Below are positions 25,801 through 39,044 of a stretch of 64,000 nt of DNA, one piece after another. Numbering within the stretch: the stretch's first letter is position 1; every line of letters begins with the position of its first letter. The notes beneath the pieces were generated by a model, which was not told where the DNA came from, did not search any database, and was given only the letters and a program-made list of their open reading frames with translations. The position numbers and the translations under genes were made by a program. Origin of the DNA: Eledone cirrhosa (taxonomy: Eukaryota); the NCBI GenBank assembly GCA_964016885.1, contig OZ024753.1, positions 30,318,001 through 30,382,000 of the forward strand. The letters run 5' to 3'.

Positions 25801-26051
25801 TTAACCCTTTTGGTACCAACTCCCCCCCCCCCCCCAAAAAAAAAAACAGGCTCTGGTTCTATGAAACAAAACCATGTATTTTAATGGGTTCTTATATAAA
25901 ATTCTTTCAACGTAATTTTATATACAAACTAAATGTTAAATTATTATCTTAGTAATGAAATAATTAGTCATTTTAGTAAATCCTCCAAACTCATCATTAA
26001 TTGATTATAATAGTGTGTATTTCATTAGAAATGTAGTCACGAAACGGTTAA
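25801..26051 (+). mobile_element. Second TTAA-flanked MITE-like family (decayed pieces ~3230-3475, 31963-32630, 47350-47630, 57010-57180)
   Basis: TTAACCCTTTTGGTACC...CACGAAACGGTTAA, with internal CTGGTTCTATGAAACAAAAC shared among copies. Confidence 0.55.
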
Positions 26052-27077
26052 GATGGTAAGGTGTAGTTTTAGAGGTATTTGGTTGCTATTTCTAGTCACT
26101 TGAGCAATAACATGAAAGCCCTTTTGTTAGCTTACTTTAGTTGAAGTTATGTTCTTATGTGTATACAGTTGAAAAACATAGTATGGTTCATTTGTCGTTT
26201 GTTGCTGTCTGAATATTAAATATAAACCATAGCACTTAGTCAACTAACGGCAACTTGTTGTCTCCCTTCTTATTCAATTGCTTGGTTATAAGAAGTCAAA
26301 TGCTCAGTATTTTGCCAAGATCATATTACAATACAGTTTCTATTATTTAAATAAACACTTGTAATATTTTTGTAAGAAGCTGACATCCTATTCATGCCAG
26401 GGTTGACAGATAAAATAATATTGTACATCACTATTGTATTACTCTTATCTCATTCAATTGATCTCTCTCCACTCAAAGCTGACTACATAATCTGCCTGCA
26501 GCTGTTACTCTAAACACACTGACCTTCTATATCATTTATTATTTTAGTTATTAATGCTAACTTATATTGGGATGTATAAGTTAGGAACTAGTAATAATTA
26601 TACGATTGTTACCTACAACATTCACTTGTTTTGATATCACTTATTGTAGGTTTGTATCTTATTTTTCTCCTCCATTTTCTTATTTGTATGAAATGGATTC
26701 TCACACTTCATTTTATATTTTCTTTTTCATACCAGTTCATTTTGTAAAAGAAATGTCAGGATATTTATTTCTGTTTGATAAAATGTGTCATATAATGTCT
26801 TGTATTTATTTTATATTGTGTATGTTAATATTTTGTTTTCACCGTGTATACCTTGCTGTGTGTTGGGACCAGGAAGTGTTTAGCTATAAAATATCTCAAA
26901 AAGGACCCAATAGTGAGCATGAAGTTTATTATGAGGTCTGCAAGGCTAACCTCTGCTAAAGCAGGGGGAAATGGCCCAAACTCCTTTTGTTTTACTTCAT
27001 AAAAATATTAATATAATCACTAACAATAATAATAAATTGTCATCATTTGGCGAAATATTTTTCTTTTCTTCTTACTT

Positions 27078-27140
<63 letters not shown>

Positions 27141-28085
27141 GTATACACATACATATATAACAATAATCAAACTGTGGTTAACCCTTTTACATTACTCTAT
27201 ATTTACTATTGTATTTTCGCACATAATATCGAACCTATGAGATTTTGATATTATTTATTTTGAGAACAATACCTTAACATCAATATGAGTGGCCAGTTAC
27301 GGCTGGTTTGAACAGAAAGAAGTGAGAAAATTCTGGCCGGATATGGTTGATTTAAATGCAAATGGATTAAATAACAATAACAACAACAATATAGTTAAAG
27401 TACTATAACTCTTGATATATTTCTCTTGTTTGTTTTTAGTTTCATCACTTGTAAGTACAGGTCACAAGCAAATGTTAAAATATAATCTCACTTCCGAGAA
27501 AAGTGTTTGTTTGTGTGTGTGTGTGTGTGTGTGGTGATGATGGTGGTAGTAATAATGGTGGTGGCAGTGGGTAGGTGGGTCAGCACAAATCTAGTTATTG
27601 ATGATAATCTGATATTATTTTAGGTTAATCTGTGATTGAGGTTCCTGTGTTGTTGATTCTAAATCTACTCTGTCCTACTCTACAAATTATTCAGCTTCAG
27701 ATATATTTGAATAATTTTCATTTCATAACAGCAACATGGTAGTGGACTGATAGAATAACTCCAAGAAGAGAAATTAAAACATTAATGTATTTCCTGCTCA
27801 TTAACTAATTAAAAGTAATTTACTTCCAAGTTAGGCATAAACAAAAAAAAAAGGTTTCTGTTGTATCATATTATGTCATAGAAAGAATGACATTTTCTGG
27901 AAGAGTTGCCGTGGAGACAAAACTATTATGTTTTCTGTTGTTTCAAGATGAAGTCAAAATATTATCACTTTCAGAACTGGGAAAATAGGGAAGATATCAA
28001 TTTCTAAGGTAAAAATTATGTTAATTATTTGTTGGGTTTTATCAGTTATAGTTTGTTTATTTATATATGTATGTGTTTGTTTGTG

Positions 28086-28129
<44 letters not shown>

Positions 28130-28240
28130 CATGTGTGTATATGCGTGCATGTGTGTGTGTATGCATACATATATTATTATTGTTTACAGAAATGACTTCT
28201 GTGTGAACGTGTGTGTATGTGTGCACGTGTGTGTGCATGC

Positions 28241-28282
<42 letters not shown>

Positions 28283-28622
28283 CTAGGTAAAATTCCTGAG
28301 ATCCATGGAAGAGTTCTCTCCAGCGGTCTCTGTCCCTCATCCTCGCTGCCATATCCTGCGTCTCCAACAGACCAGTGTCTCTCCTTAGGGCATCAACATA
28401 TGCCAACCTCGGTCTCCCTCTTCTAGTGTGTCCGTGCAGTGGACATATATATATATACACATATATATATATATATATGTATTAAGTTGTAAACAATATT
28501 CGATGATTATGTCAAAGAATGAGTTTTACAGTAGATTGGAAGCACTCAACAGAAAAATAATTTTCAGGAGTTATTAATATTAAAATATAAGTATTAATAA
28601 AATAGATGTTCTTTTGATCAAT

Positions 28623-28681
28623 TACATTTTATTATACATATTTCGGATGTACAACAGTACGTCCTCATCAGACAAAATATA
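28623..28681 (-). ncRNA. Minimal type I hammerhead ribozyme with self-complementary stem III
   Basis: Minus strand TATATTTTGT-CTGATGA-GGACGTAC-TGTT-GTACATCC-GAAA-TATGTA-TA|ATAAAATGTA. 10-bp stem I (with G-U pairs), 8-bp stem II with one mismatch, stem III AUAUGUAU palindromic with wobbles. Confidence 0.75.
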
Positions 28682-28727
28682 GTGATACATAACATACCCT
28701 GAGATGTTAAATGGTTAAGATTTAATC

Positions 28728-28774
<47 letters not shown>

Positions 28775-28775
<1 letters not shown>

Positions 28776-28830
28776 CATTGTCTGATGAGGACGTACTGTT
28801 GTACATCCGAAATATGTATACTAAAATGTA
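28775..28830 (+). ncRNA. Second (inverted) copy of the minimal hammerhead, stem I truncated
   Basis: CTGATGAGGACGTACTGTTGTACATCCGAAATATGTATA at 28782-28820, the reverse-complement partner of 28623-28681. Confidence 0.55.
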
Positions 28831-29322
28831 ATTGATCAAAAGAACATCTATTTTATTAATACTAATATTTTAATATTAATAACTATATATATATATATAT
28901 ACAAATATATATATATATATCCGTCTAACCCATACTAGCGTGGAAGAATGGACGTAAAATGATGATGATGATATCTTTATTATATATAGAAATGACTTCT
29001 GCAAGAATGAAACAGTTCTAGTCCTGTAGAAGTTTTTTCGATATATAATAAAGATGCTTGTAGTCTACCAACATCACCTAGCTACGGATGTCAATGAGTT
29101 GCCACCAACCGACAGCATTGGGGACGCTTGGTTGACTTATGTTTCCGACAGAACAAGTCGGACTAAGAGCCTAACTCTGCCAACGTATTGAGTTTCACTT
29201 TTTAAATGTGGTTACCCCTTTCCCCTACACCACTCGGAAACCTACATATATTATCGAGCCCTCTTCGGATTTTAGTCTTCACATTTATTATTATTACAAT
29301 ATATATTTATATATATATTCCT

Positions 29323-29371
29323 GATTCCTGATGATTTCTCAAGAATGAAACAGTTCTAGTCCTGTAGAATC
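29323..29371 (+). ncRNA. Type I hammerhead ribozyme fold in a Penelope-like pLTR fragment (element ~29318-29460)
   Basis: GATTC-CTGATGA-TTTCTCAAGAAT-GAAA-CAG-TTCTAGTC-CTG-TA|GAATC. Stem I GATTC/GAATC, stem III ACAG/CTGT, GUA cleavage triplet, weak stem II. Confidence 0.7.
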
Positions 29372-32300
29372 TCATCTATATTAAAACTTTTATACTCTGC
29401 TATGTATTGAGTACCTTACTTACTGTGGTTACCTCCGATTCAACCCGGAATAACTTACCTTATATATATATATTCTAATCAATCGATGTATAATAAGTTT
29501 TTAATCTATATTTCATGTATGTTTTATATAATAGTATAATATTGAGCTTGTTTTTATTGACAACTTTAGATGACACAATTCTAATTTTCAATCTATGTAT
29601 TGATTTGATATTGATCTCTGATAGTCTCGTCCAATGGCTGTATTCAAAGCTATCACACTATTGTTATCTTTATTAACAGCACTCAACCATCCATCTAGTG
29701 ATCTAGTTGTAGCTCACTCTCTCTCTTTCCCTCCCTCACTTTCTTTCTCTCCCTCTCTCTCTGATTGTCATTATGGATATACAGTTTTATGGTACCACTT
29801 CTAAAACATATAGTCCCTTAATAACAGCGATAGCGACAACAATCCCTGAATCTTTTTGAAAGCATAACTACATAAGGGGGTGCTCCAGCATGGCCAGAAT
29901 TCAAACCAGTTGAAACCAACTACAGGATATCATAATTTATAATCCGTTCTCCTCTTGTCAAGCATCACTTCAATGTCTGTTTATGCTTTTCATATTTTCA
30001 TCACATCCACATTATATTTCATTACATTTGGAAGAATGGATCCATATTTGAATTTCATAAAGAAGTGAATTTTGAACAATTTTGGCTTCCCGTCTTATTT
30101 TACACTGGTCTGTCTATATTGAAGTATTCCTTCTTGTTAATCTGCTAAAAGAGAATATTTTTCTCTTGGAGTTCAGAAGTTGGATTTATTGTATTTGCTT
30201 CCATCCACCTCTTGACTTCTTTCATTCTCTTATATACAAAATATCTCTACAAATTTACCTCTTTCATACATTGTTCACTTTCCTGATATTGTTCTGTGTA
30301 CTATACATGCACCTTTGATGAGTTGTAGTGCACCTGAGCACTGTACACAATAATTTTCATTAACATTATCATTATTATATGATCAGTGTTGTGAAGTTTC
30401 AGCCATCTGCTAGGATTGAACTACAGTATGTATGCTTTGCTGGTTGATCTTCTGCTACATCTTGACTATTTTCTTCAATCATTTAATGAAAAGAGAAATA
30501 GAATCAATTGAACAATATGGATTTACCAGTATATATACGAAAATATGCAGGTTGTTTCTCATTCTCTCCTTTATTTTTTTTTCAATTAAAATTTTACATG
30601 TCTTGTTTAACCCTTTACCATTTATATTACTCTTATGTACTATTATATTTTCAAGAACACTTTCTCGCATAATTATTTCACATAATATTGAATCTATGAG
30701 ATTTTGATATCATTTATTTTGAGAACAACACCTTAACATCAGGATGAGCGGGTTGGTTACAGCCAGTTTGAACAGAAAGAAATTAGAGAATTCTGGCCAG
30801 ATACGGCCAGTTTAAATGCTAAAGGGTTAAACTCATTATTTCATATTTCTTCTATAAGAAATGTTCCTCTTTTAATAAACAGCTCTGTTAAATGATTCCA
30901 TTAATCCCGAAAATGTTTTTTTTTTTTTTCTTAGATAAAAATATATTTTATTAAATGCTTCTACTAGAACTATCCTATCACATATATTAACTTTATCTCA
31001 ATATATTATTTCAATATATAAAAAGCATTAGATTAGGTACATCATATCTCTGCATGTTGTTAGAGGGGACTAAGAGAGTTGGTTTCAGTGTTTTATGGCA
31101 GTCTGCCATAAAACAATGCCTCAGAAGGTCCTGTCTAACCCATGCTAGCGTGGAAAAGTGGGTGTAAAAACGAGAAGGATAATGATGTGGTCATATATTG
31201 TTTCAATTTTCTTCTTTGTTTAAATCATCATTGTACATACATGGGTTGGACTCATAATTTTAGCAGTGTTTTGTTTGACTGAATGCCATTCCTATCATCA
31301 ACCTCATTACAGCATGGGCTGGCTCTGTTCTATCATGCCACTAGCACTAGAGGGGCTGTCTCTCAGGATTTAAGAATCCTTTCCACTTTGTAGAAGTTTT
31401 TATTTCAGAGTGACTACTCTCCAAGACAGGTTGCCTTCAGCATGGCTTGCAGAGCCCATGTCTAACTCAAAGGAAAGCATCTGAATTTGCTTCTCAAGAG
31501 TGGAGTTTTTAATGCTATTTGTGAGTGTGTGTGTACACACACACACACTAATAGCATTAAAAACGTATATATACATACACACACACACACACACACACAG
31601 ACACATTTACTGTGTCAACTCATCCTCCTCTATAAACATTCCTTCTACTAATTTCATGACTTCTTAAAAGCTATTTAAGTAATTTATTCTATTTATTTTA
31701 GTTTTATTTTAGTTTTATTTTATTTATATTTGTTTATTTTACCATAACTTAAGTTGTTGCCGGTAATATAAAGGTTGCTTTCTGCTGAAATGATCCAACT
31801 AGCTATTCAGTTACAGTTCAGTGCTGAAAATAATAGACATGAAAGAATTGTACTGAGTTGTACTATGATTGGTTAGTTCAGTCACCTTCTCTCTAACCTT
31901 TCTCTGCTGTTTAATTCACATGTTTGTCTGACCATGTACATTTCCTATTTAGACTATTTCAGTTAACCCTTTGACTACCAACTTGGTCAAAACTGCGTCT
32001 GGTTCTATGAAACAAAACTGACCTATTTTTAATGGACTTTTATTTAAATGGAAATCGTTCAACATAATTTTATATAAGAACTATTTAAGTTAGGTTACAA
32101 ATACCCTGTTGATAATGATTTCTACTTTAGACATAATGCCAGGAATTTGTGGGGCGGGGAACAAGGCCAAGAATTTGTGGGGTGGGGAAACTTAATTATA
32201 TTGACTCCAGTAGTTAACTAGTTCTTTATTTTATCAACCTTGGAAGGATGAAAAGCAAAGTTGACTTTGGCCAAATTTCAACTCAAAACTTAAAGAGCCA

Positions 32301-35300
32301 GATAATACTGGTTTCTGATTTAGGCACAAGGCCAACAATTTCAGGGGAGGAGAGAGTCAATTAATTCAACCCCAGTGCATCACTGGTACTTTATTTTATT
32401 GACTCTGTAAAGATGAAAGGCAAAGCTAACCTCAGCGGGATTTGAACTCAGAATTTAAAGAGCCATAACTCTATACTGCAAATCATGTCGTTCGATGCTC
32501 TACCGATACTGCCAATCCCAAGCCAGATAATAATGAAATAGTTAATTATTTTTGTAAATTCTTCTAAATTCTTCATTAAATAATTTCAATACAGAGTATT
32601 TTGTGAGAAATGTGGTAAGGAAAGGTTTAACTAAAGCAGTTCATTTTACTATTTTAGCTTTTGAAGCAAGGGAATGGCAAATATCACTTTATTCTCTCAA
32701 TACCATTCATTGAACATGTTTATTGATTGGTTTTTGAATCTATATATATATATATATATTTTTAACAATCAAGATCCAAAACGTCATTTGCTTACCATAT
32801 GGGGTAGAACTCGTCAGATTGGACAAAGGAAACAATGTTTCCATTGGTCTTTCCAATTGCTGATACTATCTCCCGGTTGCAATTCCTGACAGAAAGAGCA
32901 TTGTGAAATAAAGTGTCTTGCTCAAGGACATAAGACATCACCTGGCCTAGGAATCAAACTCGCAACTTCCCAATTGTGAATCCAATTCTCTGACCACTAA
33001 GCCATGCACTACCACATGGGGCATGTTTAATTCTTTGTTATTGTCTACATAACCTCTTTGACCCCCAATTCCAGCCCATCTTCAACTACTGCTGTTTCTT
33101 TGATAGATACAAGACCTCTTAGTATAAAGTACTAATAACTACATGAAACGTATCAGAATTTTACACAAGATCCTTTTATTAAGTCATGTGCCAAACACAA
33201 GCTTAACCTTTTTATGAGACTTTTTGTAGCTCATCAAACATGGTTACGTTTTCTTTAATGAACAAATGAAATGTTTTCTCTAAGCAAACATTTCAACTGA
33301 AATCTATATATATGTTTGTGTGGGAGGATCATGAGAAGCTTAAAATAACCAAATTATTCAAACTTTAATTTTTGATGGTGGTTTATTTAATAGATTATTG
33401 TGATATTCTTTTTGATTAAGTCATTTCATTCTTTTTGTTGTATGACATATTATGGGAACTAGATGTATGCAGACATATTTTTCATTCAGCTTTTGTCAGG
33501 CATCACAGGAACTATAGTATAAACTGTTGAATTAACACCATTGTCTGAAAGATTGCTATTTTTACATTCCTCATTTCAATTTTTATTGTGGTAGTTTATA
33601 GAGTAAAACTAGTTTTCCTTGATAAGATTTTTTCCATTTGAAATTGGAACTTGTACCTTCAGTAGCTATAGCTTCCTTTCAGTTCATTTTATTTCATTAC
33701 TCATATAGTACACATCTATGAAGTTAGAACTGTATGTTTTATGGAAAGCATCATCATCTGTTTTACACCCACTCAATGGTCAAATATTATATTTTAGAAT
33801 TTGAGGAGGAGGGGGATTATATACATTTAAAATGAAAGACACCTTTTTATCTTTTTGCTGTTATTTCATTTCAAACATAAAGATGGTTAACCATTTAGCA
33901 TTTACATTACTCTATATTTACTATTATATTTTCATGTTAAAGTCTTTACCTCACATAATATCTCACCTATGAGATTTGGATATTATTTATTTTGAGAACG
34001 ACAACTTAACATAAATATGAGTGACCAGTTACAGGTGGTTTGAACAGAAAGAGGTGAGAGAATTCTGGCCGGACACAGTCGGCTTAAACATAATGATGGT
34101 TGAAGTGTTAAAACTTTGTGTCAGTTAGTTGATCCAGCTGGAAGAAATATCTAAAATATTCTTTCTTACTAGTTCTGCTTACTTTGAATTGGTCTGAGTG
34201 ACATGAAAGCCTATGGTTAACCCTGGAGTGATTCAACAGTCCTACATTTTTATTGCTTTTTTTTGTTGTTGTTTTTTTTTTTTTTACCTTGCTAACAAGA
34301 AATTAGCAACCAGCCATGGACACACTAATTCTTCTTTTTCTTCTTCTTTTCTTTCTCCCTTTTACTCTTAGCAATATCACCTCACTTTATGTTTCTCCTC
34401 CTTCTTCTCCTCCTCCTCCTCCTCCCATTTTCAGACAATCCACTGCCTTCACTACCACTCTTATAGTCATTACCTTCCCCACAATTATTACTGCTACTAA
34501 AGAACTACTACACACTCAATCACCACTTAACTTGTCTTTTATTAACATCTCTCTTTGTTTTTTCGATTGCCTCTTGTCATTACACACCTGTCATTTTTCT
34601 CCCTTTACCTGTTGAAGAAGCACTGACCTAACGCGGTACCATATTTCTATGAACAAACTAACCTAGCCAAGTAAATTTGTCAGTAAGTGCTAGTGAAAGC
34701 ATGAATTCAACTTAAAAAAAAATCTTCTGCAAGCTGGCTGACACTCAATCCTCAACACCTCAGCCGTATGAGAGTTTCTTTAAAATTCACTGGTTTTATT
34801 TGGAAAAAAGCAACACAAACAAGTTATGTAAACCATTCATAGATAGCTTTTAGTGGCTCTGTAGTACCTCTTTATTCATAAATTTACCCACAATGGATAA
34901 CAATTATTTCGGTGTGCAGTTTGTTTTCACTGCTGCACAGACAACCAGGAAGGATAATTTACTCTGGGCTGTTTCGTTTCAACTACACATGGTATTTTTT
35001 TTGCTGTTTTTAATCACCTTTGGACTATCTCTTGGATCTACTGTGGTTATACCTTTAGTTGAATATTAACACATTCTAATGTATTTCGTAATGGAAAGTT
35101 ATCCAGCTAAACCAAATATATATATAAACATGTGGGAGATGACTGTCCTTCACTTTCAGATTAATATTAATTGTCTTTGATTTAAAAGATGGCTGTGTAT
35201 ATGCAAATAAATATTTATGTGAAAATGTCAAAAGGGTTGCATATTACAATGGAAGCTAGTTGTGATTATATACATATTCATTATTTACCTTTAAAGACGC

Positions 35301-35337
35301 ATTTGATTTCGTGACAAAAGCACTTACATGCCTTAAC

Positions 35338-35400
<63 letters not shown>

Positions 35401-35865
35401 CATTATAAACAAAAAATTTCGTTTCTTTGGATGCTAACACTAAGTTTTAAACAAGGTGATGGATGGTTTGTACAATATAAATTCATTGGATGATCTTGCA
35501 GGTAATATTTAGGTTCTTATCTTGCTTCTTTATTTACCCTTCTGCTGCTTCTAAACAATATATATATATATATAGGAGGTGAGTTTTATTGTAGCACAAT
35601 AAAGCAATGCAAATATCGGATAAGTAGCACTCAACAGTTTATAGGACTGGAGTATGTTGATTTAACACTTCACTGCTCGCAAGTGTTTTTTAAGCTTCAT
35701 ATCATGTCTCCCTATTTTATCTGATGAGTATGCAAATATCATTCCATGATGATATTTGTTTTTGAAATGTGCAAGGGCGGTGCCCCAGCATGGCCTCAGC
35801 CGGATGGCTGAAACAGGTAAAAGAGTAAATAATAAAATACATGGAACTCTTTTAACCATCTTTTG

Positions 35866-35896
<31 letters not shown>

Positions 35897-35917
35897 TAAT
35901 TAAAATAACAGATTAAA

Positions 35918-35966
35918 GTTTAAGCAAAGAATCGCTGCTTTCACCCTTAACAGGATCATCTGAAAC
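35918..35966 (-). ncRNA. Hammerhead-like fold with variant core CAGAUGA
   Basis: Minus strand GTTT-CAGATGA-TCCTGTTAAGGGT-GAAA-GCA-GCGATTCTT-TGC-TT|AAAC. Stems I (GTTT/AAAC), II and III (AGCA/TGCT) all form. Related copies lie at ~62992-63052 (-) and 63192-63242 (+). Confidence 0.5.
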
Positions 35967-36114
35967 AATATTTGGTCTACGGTTCTTATATATTTGATAT
36001 ATATTATCCTTATCGAGCCCTCTTTGGATTTTTAGTCTTCAAATTTATTATTATTACTATATATATATATATTGTTATACTTTGGGAAGGTCATGTTGCC
36101 AAATTCAGAAACGA

Positions 36115-36163
<49 letters not shown>

Positions 36164-38088
36164 TGGGAATTACATGACAGAAACTTTCTCTGGTTAATAT
36201 TATAATATATATATACAACATACACTATTAGGTACTGTATACATATTACATAGAGCACCCCAGGACTTACATATATATACAGCATACAGAAAATAACACT
36301 ACTAGGTACTGTATATTTATTATATCGAGTACATCAGGATTTACAAATATAAATACTGTAAAGTGTCACAACAAAAAGCACCAAGCACACACTGTAAATG
36401 CGGTTGGCGCTAGGAAGGGCATCCAGCTGTAGAAACCAAGCCCAAATCAGTTCTATATGAGTATGACATGGCCACCTGATCTAGCATTGCTCATAACAGG
36501 ATAACTCATCTAACCCATGCTAGCATGGAAAAATGGTCACCATCATTCTACATGCGGGCATGGGATGGACTTGTTGTTTTGGTCTCAGACTAGGCTCATC
36601 CGAGAGACCTCATTTTGTTCACATGTTCCATATTTGGCATGGTTTCTATGGCTGGATGCCTTACTTAATACCAACCACTTTACATGCTGTACCTATTCTT
36701 GTATCTTGTCTTGGTTTTTAAACATTACAGAAATATTGTTTGTCTTCGTCTTATATACTTTTTTAAATGTTATTTTCTTGATATTTATACCACCATCATT
36801 GTCAACATCACCACCACTACCATCACTATTATCAAGAAGTTTAGCTTTTTTTTTTTTTTTTTTTTTTTTGTAGTTGGTTCTACTTTCTCGCTGCTTTTTA
36901 TTCTCCTTCATCCAAATCTTGCCAACTATTTCTACCATACCTAACATTTTACAAATCTTTGTTGCATTTCCAATAACATAATGCTTGTAATTCTTAATCA
37001 TTTAATATTGTCTGAATTCTTCAGATTATCTGTTAGACTTACACCAGTCACCTCCCTTAACTTCTTAATGTTCTGTTCTGCATGAAACCACATTAGTGAG
37101 ACATTCTTGAAAAAGAACAAAGCAGCATCACATTAAAAATGTTAGATACTATAAACATTTGAATTAATGTACCCCATTTTTAGAACTTTTCTGCTAATCA
37201 TTTCTGTATGTTAAGAATTTAAGAACCATGACTTTTATGAGCTAACAAAAGAGTTTCTTTGTGGTCATTCAACCTGCTAGAATTAACCAAATCCTCAAGT
37301 TATCCCATTGAAAAAAAAAAATTTCTGCAGTATTAACTCTTAAACATTTAATTGGCTGTATCTGGCCAGAACTCTGTCCCCCATTTCTGTTCAAACCAGC
37401 TGTAACTGGCTACTCATACTGATATTAAGGTATTGTTTTCAAAATAAATAATATCTAAATCTTGTAGATTCAATATTATGTGAAGCAAAGCCTTTACTAT
37501 GAAAATACAATAATAAATATAGAGTAATGTAAATGGTAAAGGGTTAAATACCCTGTAGAGACAATGTTGTCACAGCCAGAATATTTTTTGATCATAGAAC
37601 TGCTTGAAATGTCTGACCTGTGGCTAAACAACAACTACAATATTAACTGTTGCATTTACTAAATTTCACAAGGTTGTTGGCAGAGACTGAGTCCTCCAAA
37701 AAAAAGAAACAAGATAGTCTTAGTTAAAATGTTCTTGATCTGCTTGATTGGAGTGTACGTAGGGCTGTACAATAACCATTATTTCATTCTGCATATGTCC
37801 TCCATTTGTATGAATATATTTGCTGTGGCTCTGCCAACCACCATGACAACGAAGTGTTATTTGTCGTTGCTCAGTAGCTTTAATCAATTCAGTTCTAATC
37901 AATTCTGCTCATTAAAAACCAAATGATATTCAAATAATGAAGCTTGATCCATTTTATCAATGTCATCTATTATTTATTTAGAAGATAAATTAACTCTTAA
38001 CATCAGACTGATTAAGCAGAACATTTCTCATCCTATGTTGATATATTAGGGCAAGCATAAATCTACATGTGGATTCTTCTCTTGAACT

Positions 38089-38316
38089 TTAACCCTTTAG
38101 CATTCACATTACTCTATATATACTATTATATTTTCATGGTAAAGGCTTTACCTCACATAATTATCTCACATAACATCGAATCTAAGAGATTTTGAAAGTA
38201 TTTATTTTGAGAACAATACCTTATCATCAGTTTGAGTGACCAGTTACAGTTAGTTTCAACAGAAAGAGGTAGAGAATTCTGGCCAGTTTTGGCCGGTTTG
38301 AACATTAAAGGGTTAA
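38089..38316 (+). mobile_element. piggyBac-type MITE
   Basis: TTAA flanks and TIRs. Confidence 0.85.
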
Positions 38317-39044
38317 ACATCTCATATATAATCTAATATTCTCTGGCCTCTATAGTGATGAAGACGGTCAGATAGAAAGTAATTTAGCAGAAAATATCTA
38401 AAATCAGGTTTGTTAATTCAAATGTCTATAGTATTGCTACTAATAGACAGATCATTGTGTAAATATGTAGTAAATTAAAGTTGGAGACTTTATTTGAAAA
38501 TCATAAGCAGTGTCTTTCATTAGAAATATCGTAATGAAAGGATTAACAAGGTAGAGGGTGGTCAAAAGATCAATTGTAGATGTTGGGCATCAAAGATGAC
38601 ATAACAAAACATTGAGATGAGTTGCTATATATGGTAGACTTTTCAAACTCAAGTTTGGAAAGCAATTGATAAAACATTGATGATGAAATTGATAAAACAA
38701 AAAGGTTGAGATGGAGAAGATATTTTATGTATGTGTATATATAATGGTATATATTCCTTTGGACAGATCTAAATATGATTTTTAATTTCATTCAACATCA
38801 TCGACACTTAATCGTTTTTATGTCCACTTTTCCATGTTGGCAAGGGTTGGATGGGAGTTAAAGCAGTGTTTTATGGCTGGATACCAATGCCTTTTAGTTG
38901 TTTCTTATGCCATGGAGATATAATAATAATAATGAAATTATTGTGTACAGTGCTCAGGTGCACTACAACTCATCAAAGGTGCATGTATAGTACATAGAAT
39001 AATGTACAAATGTCAGGAAAATAAACAGTGTATGAGTCATGATA

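Larger units (their letters stand above)
28481..28884. mobile_element. (TA)n-embedded Penelope-like pLTR with inverted partial duplicate
   Basis: Arms 28570-28674 and 28778-28884 are reverse complements around a spacer that includes a (TA)n tract. Contains hammerheads and AAGCACTCAAC. A related fragment lies at ~2090-2226. Confidence 0.65.

Noticed and set aside
34893-35069. 58-codon hydrophobic ORF (MDNNYFGVQF...) in unique sequence
   Set aside because: No convincing in-phase donor or homology; T-rich composition explains the hydrophobicity.
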